NCBI GenBank assembly: GCA_964016885.1
Contig: OZ024745.1
Coordinates: 123,566,001-123,630,000 of the forward strand
DNA length: 64,000 bases
Direction of reading: 5' to 3'
Source of the DNA: Eledone cirrhosa
Lineage: Eukaryota
The position numbers and the translations under genes were made by a program. Under the pieces are notes generated by a model, which saw nothing but the letters and a program-made list of their open reading frames with translations, was not told the DNA's origin and did not search any database. Within the stretch, counting starts at the first letter, position 1. The number at the start of each line of letters is the position of its first letter. Shown here one piece after another: positions 53,564-64,000 of this stretch.

Positions 53564-54451
53564 CAGGGTGCTGACGATATCTGTTCGCAAGATTACTGTC
53601 CAGGAAAAAATAACACAGTAGTTTTATTTTTTAAGATATATTTATCAAACTTGGGTCAGTTTGTCTTCATGACTTGTTCTTTCGATCTCACTTGATAAAC
53701 TCACCATTGGCTTTGATGATGGCCTCAAGGCGGCCTCGGAACCAGCTACAGGCCTTCGTCACAGTCCCCTGACTTAGGCCCCTAAAGTCACTTGTGATCC
53801 TGGCCTTCAAATCGTCTTTCGTATTGCAGCTAGATCTGTTGGTGTCTCGTTCCACTGTGCTCCTCACAAAGAAGTCAAGGGGGTTGCAGTCAGGCGAGCT
53901 GGGAGACCAGATGTCAGGTGAAGTGTGGTCGACGAAGTTCTCTGACAGCCAGGCTTGGGTCTTTCGGCTGGTATGGCAGGGCGCTGAGTCTTGCTGCCAC
54001 ACATACGGCCTACATGCAGCTACCTGGTCCATCCAGGGCTTTACTACCTCGCTCAGAATGCGGATGTAGCCATCGGTGTTCAGCTTGAGGTCCTCAGGGA
54101 AGAAGTGAGGTGGCATGACGTCACCTTGACTGCTGACGACACCTAAGACCAATGTTGTTGCTGGAAACTTTGTCTGCATGACTCTGGGCACGTCTTTGCA
54201 TGATACAGTGAGCCACCTGTGTTCTGGGAGTTGATCTTCTGGTCTTATTTGTCCTCCCGGTGCGGATTCCAAGAAGAACTCTGTGTCTCTTTCACAAATT
54301 TTGAGGTTCAAAATTATTCATAATCAATTATTTTGAAAATAAATAATGGAAATATAGTCACTGTTTTTATGAAGACAAGAGTGACAACGGAAGTAAAAAA
54401 AAATTGCATAAAATTAGCAGTTGAAAATTGCGAACAAATATCGCCCTCACC

Positions 54452-54454
<3 letters not shown>
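53564..54454 (-). mobile_element. Internally deleted DD37D (maT-like) Tc1/mariner transposon
   Basis: TIRs cagggtgctgacgatatctgttcgcaa / ttgcgaacaaatatcgccctcaccctg with TA flanks. Confidence 0.92.
53688..54311 (-). pseudogene. DD37D transposase C-terminal half, open but lacking the HTH and first Asp
   Basis: WQQDSAPCH...SPDCNPLDF with exactly 37 residues between the second and third Asp. Confidence 0.88.
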
Positions 54455-54510
<56 letters not shown>

Positions 54511-54561
54511 AATATATTAGTTTAGCGAGGTTTTTTTATATGAAATCGTGTGTCGAAACAG

Positions 54562-54875
54562 ATATTGTTATACTTGGGGAGGGTCATATTTGCGTAATAT
54601 TGCCAGAATTAATAACAGAACACACTCACTGTTTGGTTGGTTTTCGCTTCTCGCTGTCTTTTATATCTGCGATCTAACTTACTCGGTCCTCAATGTTGCC
54701 ATTGACTGACCGACGGTCAAAAATAATACAGTCAGTCAATGGCAACATTGAGGACCGAGTAAGTTAGATCGCAGATATAAAAGACAGCGAGAAGCGAAAA
54801 CCAACCAAACAGTGAGTGTGTTCTGTTATTAATTCTGGCAATATTACGCAAATATGACCCTCCCCAAGTATAACA

Positions 54876-54879
<4 letters not shown>
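54562..54879. repeat. Perfect palindrome, 149-bp arms with 20-nt spacer (probable foldback MITE)
   Basis: 54562-54710 is the exact reverse complement of 54731-54879; the ORF track shows identical peptides on both strands. Confidence 0.95.
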
Positions 54880-54906
<27 letters not shown>

Positions 54907-55072
54907 CATACATCCATATATTCTTTGGTTGCTGTAAGCAAAGATTTTCATACACACTCTGCTGCTTTTATAACCATTATAATCAACATATACAGACCAT
55001 TTATTAATAGTAACAGTTGAGGTCACAACATTGTTAAAACTTTATAAAGTTGAAGTACATATAATGTATAGT

Positions 55073-55123
55073 CTGTGGCATTAAACTTGTTCAGTCTATG
55101 GCTGAACAAGTTTAATGCCACAG
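55073..55123. other. Perfect 22-bp-arm hairpin
   Basis: ctgtggcattaaacttgttcag-tctatgg-ctgaacaagtttaatgccacag. Confidence 0.9.
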
Positions 55124-55825
55124 GTAATATAGTAAATGTTTGCAGACATCTCTAAAATATTTCATATACTCTTGTGTATTTACACACATTATAACCTAGC
55201 TTTGTTTTTGACTGCAAGTATAGAGCGTCTTTCCCACATGCATAATATTTAGAACCATATAGGCCATATATAATAAAAACATTATCATAACATTTTTCAG
55301 TATAGCAGCCTTTAATATGGCTCTGGTTTTTAATACTTCCATTATCATATTTCTATTGGTTTATACTGCATATGATTTTGAAAATAATCAAGAATTTGGG
55401 AGGATTTAGTAAAATTTATAACTTTTTTTTTATTATGAACTAATGAGTGGAAACTAATCTAGCAAAAGATTCTTACTAAAATTCTGATGCTATGTTTTAA
55501 TGATGAGCATTTTAAAATATGAAAGGTGCCGATTAAATAAAGCTTGTCTATTTAATAATCAGGTGGATTGGTCTCAAAAGAGATAATGATGTTTTATGAT
55601 GACCTTGTGATGGATGAGGACCAATAATAAAAGCTAATTGCCCACTAATGAATACAGAATCGCTGTTAAGAGAGACTGGAATGTTCTCTTAGTTTTTGCA
55701 GCTTTTTAACATTTGTGTAGATGCTTTTTGGTCGAACAGCTGCTTGTAACAATGAACTACTTGCTAAAGAAGTGTAGGTGGTTAGTTGTATTTGGAAATG
55801 TACTATGGCACAGCTGTGTTGTTAA

Positions 55826-55920
55826 CCTTTAGCACGCTGAATTTTTTTATGAATTACTTCCCATGGCACTGATTTATGTATTATGTATCAGCGACATAAG
55901 TCTCCTAAGCGTCCAGAAGG
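55826..55920. mobile_element. Mini TTAA MITE family 3 inserted in a SINE-C head
   Basis: Removing it restores gctgtgttg-TTAA-gaagct, the family C head. Confidence 0.6.
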
Positions 55921-57262
55921 TTAAGAAGCTCACTTCACATTTATGAGGTTTTAGATTGACCGATGCCTTGTTAATGAAATTTGGTGGACGTAAACTCTGT
56001 GTGTGTTCCCAACACATTATGCCTGTGGTTACATCCAATATTTCTTTGTTCTGTACATTAGTAGTTAAAAAAATATATATATTGATAAAATAAGTACCAG
56101 TCTTGAAAAAATAAGGGTTGATGTAGACATGACTAACTAAATCCCTTCTAGTTGCTGCTGCAGTATGGCTGTGCTCTAATGACTGAAACCAGTAAAAGAA
56201 TAGAATGTTTGTAGATAAATATAAACACTTCAACCCTTTAGCATTTAAACTGGCCGTATCTAGCCAAAAATCTTTCAACTCCTTCTGTTCAAACCAGTCA
56301 TAACCGGCCACTCATACCAACATTAAGGTATTACTGTCAAAATAAATAACATCAAAATCTCATAGATTTGATATTATGTGAGGTGAAATCTTTTCTGTGA
56401 AAATACAGTAGTAAATGTAGAGTAATGTGAATGCTCAAGGGTTGAAATAAACAGCTTTGTGATGTAGAACCAGGTAAGATTTCAGGTAGTTTGTTATCAA
56501 ATGGGTTAAAACAAAGTATATAATAAATTTAGAACATTGTGTCCAGCAGAACACTGCCTTAGAACTCTTCATTTGTGAGATCTGCTTGTTCACTTAGTCA
56601 TTACAACTTTTTAACATCGGGATAAGTGTTTCTTGGTAAAACAATACAAGCAACAGTGAAATCCCTGCTAGAGAAGTGTAGGTGGTTAGATCTAATTAAA
56701 TATATGCAAACAAACATATTGGCAATCAGCACAAATGCAATTCAGAGGTATTATATTACATATAATGTTATTTGTATGTGGAGGAACTATTTTTAGTTAC
56801 ACCTTCTCAAGAAATCACAACAATAATACTAGCCTATGTTACAATACTGACACTCCCCTAATATATATATATTATGTGAATATCATTTTTGATTTGTTCA
56901 TACTTAATTAGCTATTATTAATCAAAAACACCTCTTATTGTTTCAGTTAAGCTTGCTGGAACCAATAGGAATCAGATTTTCACGAAAGACATTTGGTGAC
57001 AGCCCTCACTGCTGTTACAGATCTTTCCGTGATTTCTCTAATCCTTGTTTTTCTCCTCCTTTCACATCCTGTCATTTTCGTTTAGCATTCAATCTGGAAA
57101 TCTGCAGTATCTTTTGCCAATTCTCTGTTTCATGTCTATCAAACTTCATCTCTTTCCTTTTATTTCATCCATCTTTCATTTCCGTTATCATTATAACAAT
57201 TTTTTTTTCTTCACTTTTGCTTGTTCATGTTTTACTACCAAGAGAGTATTTATAATCCTATT

Positions 57263-57367
57263 CTCTTTATTTATTTATTTATTATTATTATTATTATTTA
57301 TTTATTTATTATTATTATTATTGTTGTTGTTGTTGTTATTGTCGTCATCATAATCATCATTGTTGTT

Positions 57368-57411
<44 letters not shown>

Positions 57412-57440
57412 TATTATTATTATTATTATTACTATTACTT
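57263..57440. repeat. Compound (TTTA)/(TAT)/(TGT)/(CAT) microsatellite
   Basis: Direct. Confidence 0.9.
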
Positions 57441-57789
57441 CACTCGTCCTGTTTTTGTTGGGTGTATGAAGTATTTTCTGTTTCTGTTCTTCTGTTGTGT
57501 TGAGAGTGCTCTACAGGATATATATGCAATACCTATGAAAGTCTAGAAATTTGGGTTATTTATTTGCATAGATTGTACTTCCTTTAACAATGCATTCCCT
57601 ATTCCCTAGAAAACTATTATTATGTAGATTGTTTCAGTATTCAATCCGCATATTTTAGTTATCTCTATTATTTCCAGATATTTATATTTGGATAGATTCT
57701 CAATTTCTTTTGTCGACATATTGTCAGGTTTTGGAAGAATTGATACATCAAGTAATAGGCATTTCCTTCTCTGTTAGGTTTAGACTATA

Positions 57790-58078
57790 CTAGAAGAATG
57801 GCCCAGCGTTGATCGGGATTTGCTCTATGATTCTTATATATTTGATATATATATTTATCCTTATTGAGCCTTGTGAAATAAATACGTTTGTTTATATTTT
57901 GTTATTGTGTATGCAAAAATATCTGTTCACGAATATATAATTATATATATATATATATTAAAATAACAGTTTAAAATTTAAGCAAAGAATCACTGCTTTC
58001 TCCCTTAACGGGATCTTCTGAAACTAAAAAAATCAATCTGTGAACGCAGAAGTAAATATTTCGAAAAACGTTACACAC

Positions 58079-58115
<37 letters not shown>

Positions 58116-58407
58116 CGTGTCATAATGTTGTAATGCAGACAGAAAGACACACAGACAAATATAATAAGGGCGCAATGTTATATCTATATATCTATCTAAC
58201 AAGAAAGACTAAGAATTATAGAGAAAGATCGCTAAATCGCCTAATGCGGTCCCATTGAAATTTGAAATTTGTTTTGCACAAAACACTCACAGGGCCATAA
58301 GTATTACATGTGTAAAGTTTGAAAACAATCGGTTGGGTGGTTCTAGAGTTTTAGGGAGTCAGACAGACAGACAGACAAACAGACATTCTCTGTTTTAGAT
58401 ATATAGA
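57790..58407 (-). mobile_element. Non-autonomous Helitron, second copy
   Basis: Colinear with 20660-21261; CTAG end and hairpin. Confidence 0.85.
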
Positions 58408-58411
58408 ATTA

Positions 58412-58616
58412 TCAATGTTGCCCAAGGGAAGGGCAAAGGCCGATACAGCTTGACACTAATGGTGTCACAACTCACTTTTTCCAGTTCAGTGAATTGGAAC
58501 AATGTGAAATAAAGTATTTTGCTTAATGACACATCACACTGCATGGACTAGATTTTTAATTCACAACTCCGCAATTGTGAGTCCAACACTCTAACCACTA
58601 AGCCATGTACCTTCAC
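58412..58616 (-). mobile_element. SINE family B head with tail type 3
   Basis: Same head; tail gagttgtgacaccattagtgtcaagctgtatcggcctttgccc. Confidence 0.7.
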
Positions 58617-58618
58617 AC

Positions 58619-58653
<35 letters not shown>

Positions 58654-58659
58654 GTAGTT

Positions 58660-58912
58660 ATGTAGGTGTAATGACAAAATGCACCCAGCCTACACTGTAA
58701 AGCGGCCGTGTAGGAGGACAAAAAGCACTCAGCACACACTGTAAAGGTGTTTGGCATTAGGAAGAGCATCCAGCTGTAGAAATCTAGCCAAAATCAGCTC
58801 TGGGGGAGTAATACATGGTCCTCTGACCTGATTCTCTCTCTAAGGGTCAATCCATCCTACCCATGCTAGCATGAAAAATGGGCGTTAAATGATGATGACG
58901 ACGACAACGACG
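58660..58912 (+). mobile_element. Retroposon 3' end with two 48-bp modules
   Basis: ttaggaagagcatccagctgtagaaa and cccatgctagcatg...gcgttaaatgatgatg. Confidence 0.75.
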
Positions 58913-60544
58913 TATTGGCCAAGGCTGGTTGTAAGAAATGATGTTTCTTCACAAGCCCCCACATATTCTGCAGTTACGTTTTTGTGTTCTCCTTCATAAT
59001 ATGATTTGGCAGATTCTAGTGGAAATGTCTTGAATGAGGTTAACTTTGCCTTTTATCCTTCATCAACAATAATAATTCATTTCAGATGTTTAAATTTATT
59101 GTTGCTTTCCTGCCACAAATCAGACCCGACTGAGCAGGCCTGTGATAAATGTTGCCCTATCCACAGCCATAGTGTCTCCTTCAGACATAGTGTTTGTTAT
59201 TGAAGATATTAGTGCAAGTTTTGAGGGGCTTGGCTGCTATTTTTAGCAGCTTACATGGGCCTATATCCACAGCCAGCCTGCGTTTTTCTGACAGTGTTTG
59301 TTATCGAGGAACCCCATTATCTAATGTGTTCTTCTATGTTAAAGATGTTTGTATATGATTTGAAGCATTTTGTTGCTGTTTCTAGCAACTCAGACAGCCT
59401 AGCAGGGACTCTCTATTTGGCTCTTAGCTTGGTATGTTGTGTAGGTTGGCTAAATGATTGTTCAGTGTGTATTGAATAATACAGTAATTGCATATGGTAG
59501 TAGTTGTTATAGTATTCTTTGGTACTGTTTAATAACAAGTTAGCCATGTAGAGAACAGATAGGCCTTTGGACAAAACCATTCTAACTACAGCCATCCCTA
59601 ATTTTTATTCAGGCATAGTGTATCTAAGACTAAACTGTCCAATGTGTTCTTCATTCTGTAACCTTTAATGTCCTCTACTGCATTGAAGCATGGATTGACA
59701 GTATTGTTAGAGCGTTGAACAACATGCTTCGCAGCATAGTTACGGCCCTCTATCTTCTGAGATCAAATCCCACCGAGGGTAGCTTTACCTTTCATCCTTA
59801 CGGGCTAGATAAAATAAAGTACCAGTAACGAATTGGGATTGATTTAATTGACTTTCCCTCGCCCAAAATTGTTGGCCTTGTGCCTAAATCAGAAACCATT
59901 ATTAACCCTTTAGCATTTAAACTGGTCATATCTGGCCAGAATTCTCTCACCTTTTTCTGTTCAAACCGGCCAAAACTGGCCACTCATACTGATGTTGAGA
60001 TATTTTTCTCAAAATAAATAATAAAATCATCTCAGATTCCATATTACGTCAGATATTTTGAAAATACAATAGTAAATATAGAGTAATGTAAATGCTCAAG
60101 GGTTAAGGCATTCTTGAAAAGTACAGAACAGCACTAACTGAATCATATTAACTTTGCCTTTCATCCTTATGGGGTCGATAAAATAAAGTACCAGTAATAC
60201 ACTGGGATAATTGCTGGCCTTGTGCCAAAAGTAGAAACAATTAAAAATTATAGCATTTACATTAGTCTACTTCAAATTTTCACAATAATCTGTCCAGTAA
60301 AGATGTTATAAACATTTGAATTAACAAACCAGATTTTAGATATTTTCTACTAAATCATGGCAGGATGTTGGTAGTGAAGGTGTGATTTGAAGGAGATGTG
60401 TTTGCCTTATAGTAAGGGAAGGGTCTTGGATAGTTTAGATGTATTGGTTGATTATACAACCAGTCGATAGTGGCTTCGCAGTCATTGTAAAGATGTATTG
60501 TGATGGGTGCTAGCATTTCCTGTTCATTTACTAATGCATAAAGG

Positions 60545-60950
60545 TTTGGTAATGGTTGTAGTATTAATGGTAATAGTGGTGGAGGTAGTAATTTTGGTAT
60601 TAGTATTAGTATTGGTGGTGGTGGTTGTGGTGGTGGCAATGGTGGTAGTAGTATTGGTAGTGGTGGTGGAGGTAGTAATGGTGATAGTAGTATTGGTGGT
60701 GGTGGTGATGGTGGTTTATTAATGGTAATAGTGGTGGATGTAGTAATGGTGATAGTAGTATTAGTGGTGGTGGTGATGGTGGTAGTAATGGTGATAGTAG
60801 TATTAGTGGTGGTGGTGGTAGTATTAATGGTAATAGTGGTGGATGTAGTAATGGTGGTAGTAATGGTAGGTAGTGGTAGTAGTATTGGTGGTGGTGGTTG
60901 TGGTAGTATTATTGATGGTGGTAGTAGTAATAATAATAACAGCAGCAGCA
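60545..60950. repeat. Degenerate (GGT/AGT/AAT) trinucleotide tract
   Basis: Direct; explains the Pro/Thr- and Val-rich pseudo-ORFs. Confidence 0.9.
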
Positions 60951-61333
60951 TCATTTGTTGAAATTCTCTTTAGTATTGGTGGAATCGGTTATTGTATATA
61001 TTAGTAATATGCAGTTGTTGTTGTAATATTGATGCACAGTTGCTGTAGCATCTGTCTCATAGTATATTTGCATACTGTTGGTATTCGTTGCTGTTGTTGT
61101 TGTTGTTGCATTATTGAATGGTTATGGAAGTAATTGATCAAGTATTGATTTCTGGTTGTAAGACTTGTTAGAGTTATCGGTATGTGATGTTGATAGTCGT
61201 GGTAGTAATACTGGTTTTGTTGAACTTCTATGATTACATACTGCATTTTACATTGGTGCAACTATGCATCTTCTTCCACCATATGTGTATGTGCGCATAC
61301 ACATATATATATATATATATGTGTATGTGTGCA

Positions 61334-61364
<31 letters not shown>

Positions 61365-61366
61365 GT

Positions 61367-61407
<41 letters not shown>

Positions 61408-61599
61408 CACATGCACATTCATGTGTGTGTCTGCGTTTGTGTGTATTATGTGCATCCAGCTATAGAAAATAAGCCCAAATCAGTTCTGTATAAGCAAGAC
61501 AAGGTCACCTGACCTAGCATTGCCACAACAGGACAACTCGTCTAACCCATGCTAACATGGAAGAAAGGATGTAAAATGGGGATGATGATGAGGATATAC

Positions 61600-61982
61600 A
61601 TCACCGTTTTACGTCCGTTCTTCCACGCTAGCATGGGTTAGACGGGTTGTCCTGTTGTGGGCAATGTCTGGTCGGCTGACCTACTCTTGCTCATACGGGA
61701 ACTGATTCTGGCTTGATTTCTACAGCTGGATGCCCTTCCTAACACCAACCTCATTTACAGTGTGAGCTGGGTGCTTTTTTGCCATGGCACCTCCACGACC
61801 ACTTTGCAGTGGAATGATAGGAACCCCAGTCCTATCATCTCATTTCTACAGCTGAGTAAACTGGAGTAATGTGAAATGAAGTGTCTTGCTCAAGGAAACA
61901 ACACATCACCCGGTCTGAGAATTGAACTCACACCCTTTCGATTGCAAGCCCAATGCTCTAACCACTAAGCCATGTGCCTTCA
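61600..61982 (-). mobile_element. SINE family B, long-tail variant, tail-to-tail with a plus-strand tail at ~61450-61592
   Basis: Head and body as at 19495; extended tail similar to the long-tailed LINE end. Confidence 0.85.
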
Positions 61983-62689
61983 TATATATATATTTGTCTA
62001 TTATTGATGGATCTAAGAATGAGGACTCAATATCGAAGTAAAGTTTAGATATTTATTATGGCGAAGTGGTGAGCTTTGTTAGTCTAGTGTTTCACCTGTG
62101 CATTCTCACAATCATCAGACATGACTAAATTTTCAATAACAAAGACAGTGTACTATGTCCATATCTTCTGTATTTCTCTTAGTTCATTCTTTATTTTATT
62201 TTCCTGGTCGATAAAATAAAGTACCAGTAATGCACTTGGGTTATTGCTGGCCTTGTGCCAAAAGCAGAACAATTATTATTTTCTGTAGAAAGCGAGAAAG
62301 AAATTATGTACATGAATAAAAAAGCCCAGTAAAATCTAGTGTACATAAAAATCTCATTTGAAATGTTTAATAGTATAAATTTACATATATATGTATACAA
62401 GTATATAATACAATAGAGAAACAAACACAGATATATACATATATGTGTTCAAATCACATGTATATATGAATTCACATATATATGTATACATGTATATGCA
62501 TATGTATGTATATATGGATTTGTGGATGTATAAGTATGTATCTTTCTGTATTTTTGAATCTCTCTGGTGAATGTATAAGTATATATCTTTCTGTATTCTT
62601 AAATCCCTCTGGGGCATGTATATGTATGCAAAGATATGCATCTTTAAATCCCTCTGGTGCCTGTATATGTATGTATTTATCTATCTGCA

Positions 62690-63320
62690 TTTTAAAATCC
62701 CTCCGGTGGATGCCAACAAAAGTTCAACTAACGTATAAACCAACTCTTTGTTCTCCTAATGGTTGTTCTCTAAATCTTGCCAGATTGGATATATGAATCA
62801 CATTTAATGATGGTGAACGACATCCTTGATGTGATGTAGGTTTTGTTCTTTGCCTGTGAATCTCTAAGGCAGCGTTTCTCAACCTTTTGGAACCCTTGAC
62901 ATAGGTTTCATGTCTCAGGGAACCCCTACATAAAAATTATTATATACCATTATTAATATCTATCTCTTATATTGACCTAGTTTTAAATAATATAAGAGGT
63001 TGAAGCCTTTCTTAAAATAAACAAGGATTTTCCGACAATATGCCGTAAATGCATAGTAAAATTACGAATATAAAATTAAACAAAAATTACTTTTAAGAAA
63101 AACATTAGTTTATTTATCACTGGTTCTCGCGTAACCCCTAGCGACCTCTTGCGGAATCCTAGGGTTCCGGGGAACACCGGTTGAGAAACGCTGCTCTAAG
63201 GTGTTCTGACTTTGAGGTGTGTGCAAGAGACATCCTCAGCAACTTTGTTTCAACTACCTTCGCTTAGTCACTAGTAAAGAAAATATTCTGCTTATGATAG
63301 AGTAGAACAGGCTGAGCACT
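62690..63320 (-). mobile_element. Possible Penelope-like GIY-YIG remnant split by a hAT MITE
   Basis: After removing the MITE the minus strand reads VETK...EHLRD...RRTKSWFIR*L...PEGF, loosely resembling GIY-YIG motifs. Confidence 0.4.
62870..63193. mobile_element. hAT (Charlie-like) MITE
   Basis: Perfect TIRs cagcgtttctcaacc / ggttgagaaacgctg and perfect 8-bp TSD ctctaagg. Confidence 0.95.
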
Positions 63321-63928
63321 AACCAAGATTTCTTAGGCTGGGGTTGTTGTGAGGCAGTAATGAGGTTGTTTAAGATAAGTTGTAGGCTGCAGTGGGTTGG
63401 TAAAGAATGAATTTAGAAATAAGAGAAGCAACAATGTATTTGCTAATGATATGGATGGATGAGACAATTTAGAATGGATATCATATTTTCCTTTAGATTA
63501 GAGATCTTCATAGAAAAACATGAAGGTCAGGACTGGTACAACTTCTCTGGAGCATACTGCGTGAACATAATATAAGGAATGAGAGCACATATTGCTTTGA
63601 AAGTACATTTCTTTTTAAAATTGTACAGCAAAATATCCTTTTACACTCAGATATATCTATCAATTATCAACTAAATATATATATATAATACTAATTTTCT
63701 CCAAAAGCCTGTATGAACATCTTACGTAGACTGTTTTCTAATTTCGATCAATGATTAAATGGAGGCCAAAAATGTGTGTGTGTACATATGTCTCTGTGTG
63801 TGTACTTTTGTATATGTGTCTGTGTCTATATATGTGTGTATATAAATCAACATAGCATTAGAAACTTTCTAGACCATATTCTCAATGATTCTTTTTTTTC
63901 ATGATTTATTTTTAATATTTTTCTACAG

Positions 63929-63954
63929 ATTATTTACCATATTTTCGTAAAATG
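63929..63954 (+). CDS. Candidate 26-bp micro-exon
   Basis: Long T-rich tract, ttctacag| acceptor, ATG|gtatgt donor; reads xYLPYFRKM in phase 1. Confidence 0.3.
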
Positions 63955-64000
63955 GTATGTGATGCACAAGGAAATTAAGTATGTCGAATACCATGATCTA

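Noticed and set aside
54333-54955. Two ORFs with identical C-terminal peptides on opposite strands
   Set aside because: A direct consequence of the perfect palindrome, not duplicated genes

Overview
Eukaryotic, AT-rich, gene-poor DNA, most likely intronic or intergenic sequence from an octopus (coleoid cephalopod). The taxon call is by recall of the SINE families and the microsatellite load, not a database result. No prokaryotic genes, rRNA, true tRNA genes or CRISPR arrays are present, and most ORF-track entries are microsatellite translations. The window is a mosaic of mobile DNA: at least three tRNA-derived SINE families, degenerate RTE-clade LINE pieces (APE, RT, a PHD-like finger, 3' ends), two DD37D Tc1/mariner elements, a mariner fragment, three non-autonomous Helitrons, hAT/Tigger/Tc2-type MITEs, about 15 copies of a TTAA piggyBac-like MITE and Penelope-like remnants. 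Main observations: a near-complete minimal hammerhead ribozyme (39578-39626, minus strand); a perfect 149-bp-arm palindrome (54562-54879) next to a 22-bp-arm hairpin; a SINE/LINE pair sharing a covarying 3' stem-loop; an empty-site/filled-site pair showing MITE insertion; a MITE-SINE chimera; minisatellites born inside retroposons; and a speculative phase-compatible chain of micro-exons. Coordinates were read by eye and may be off by a few bases.
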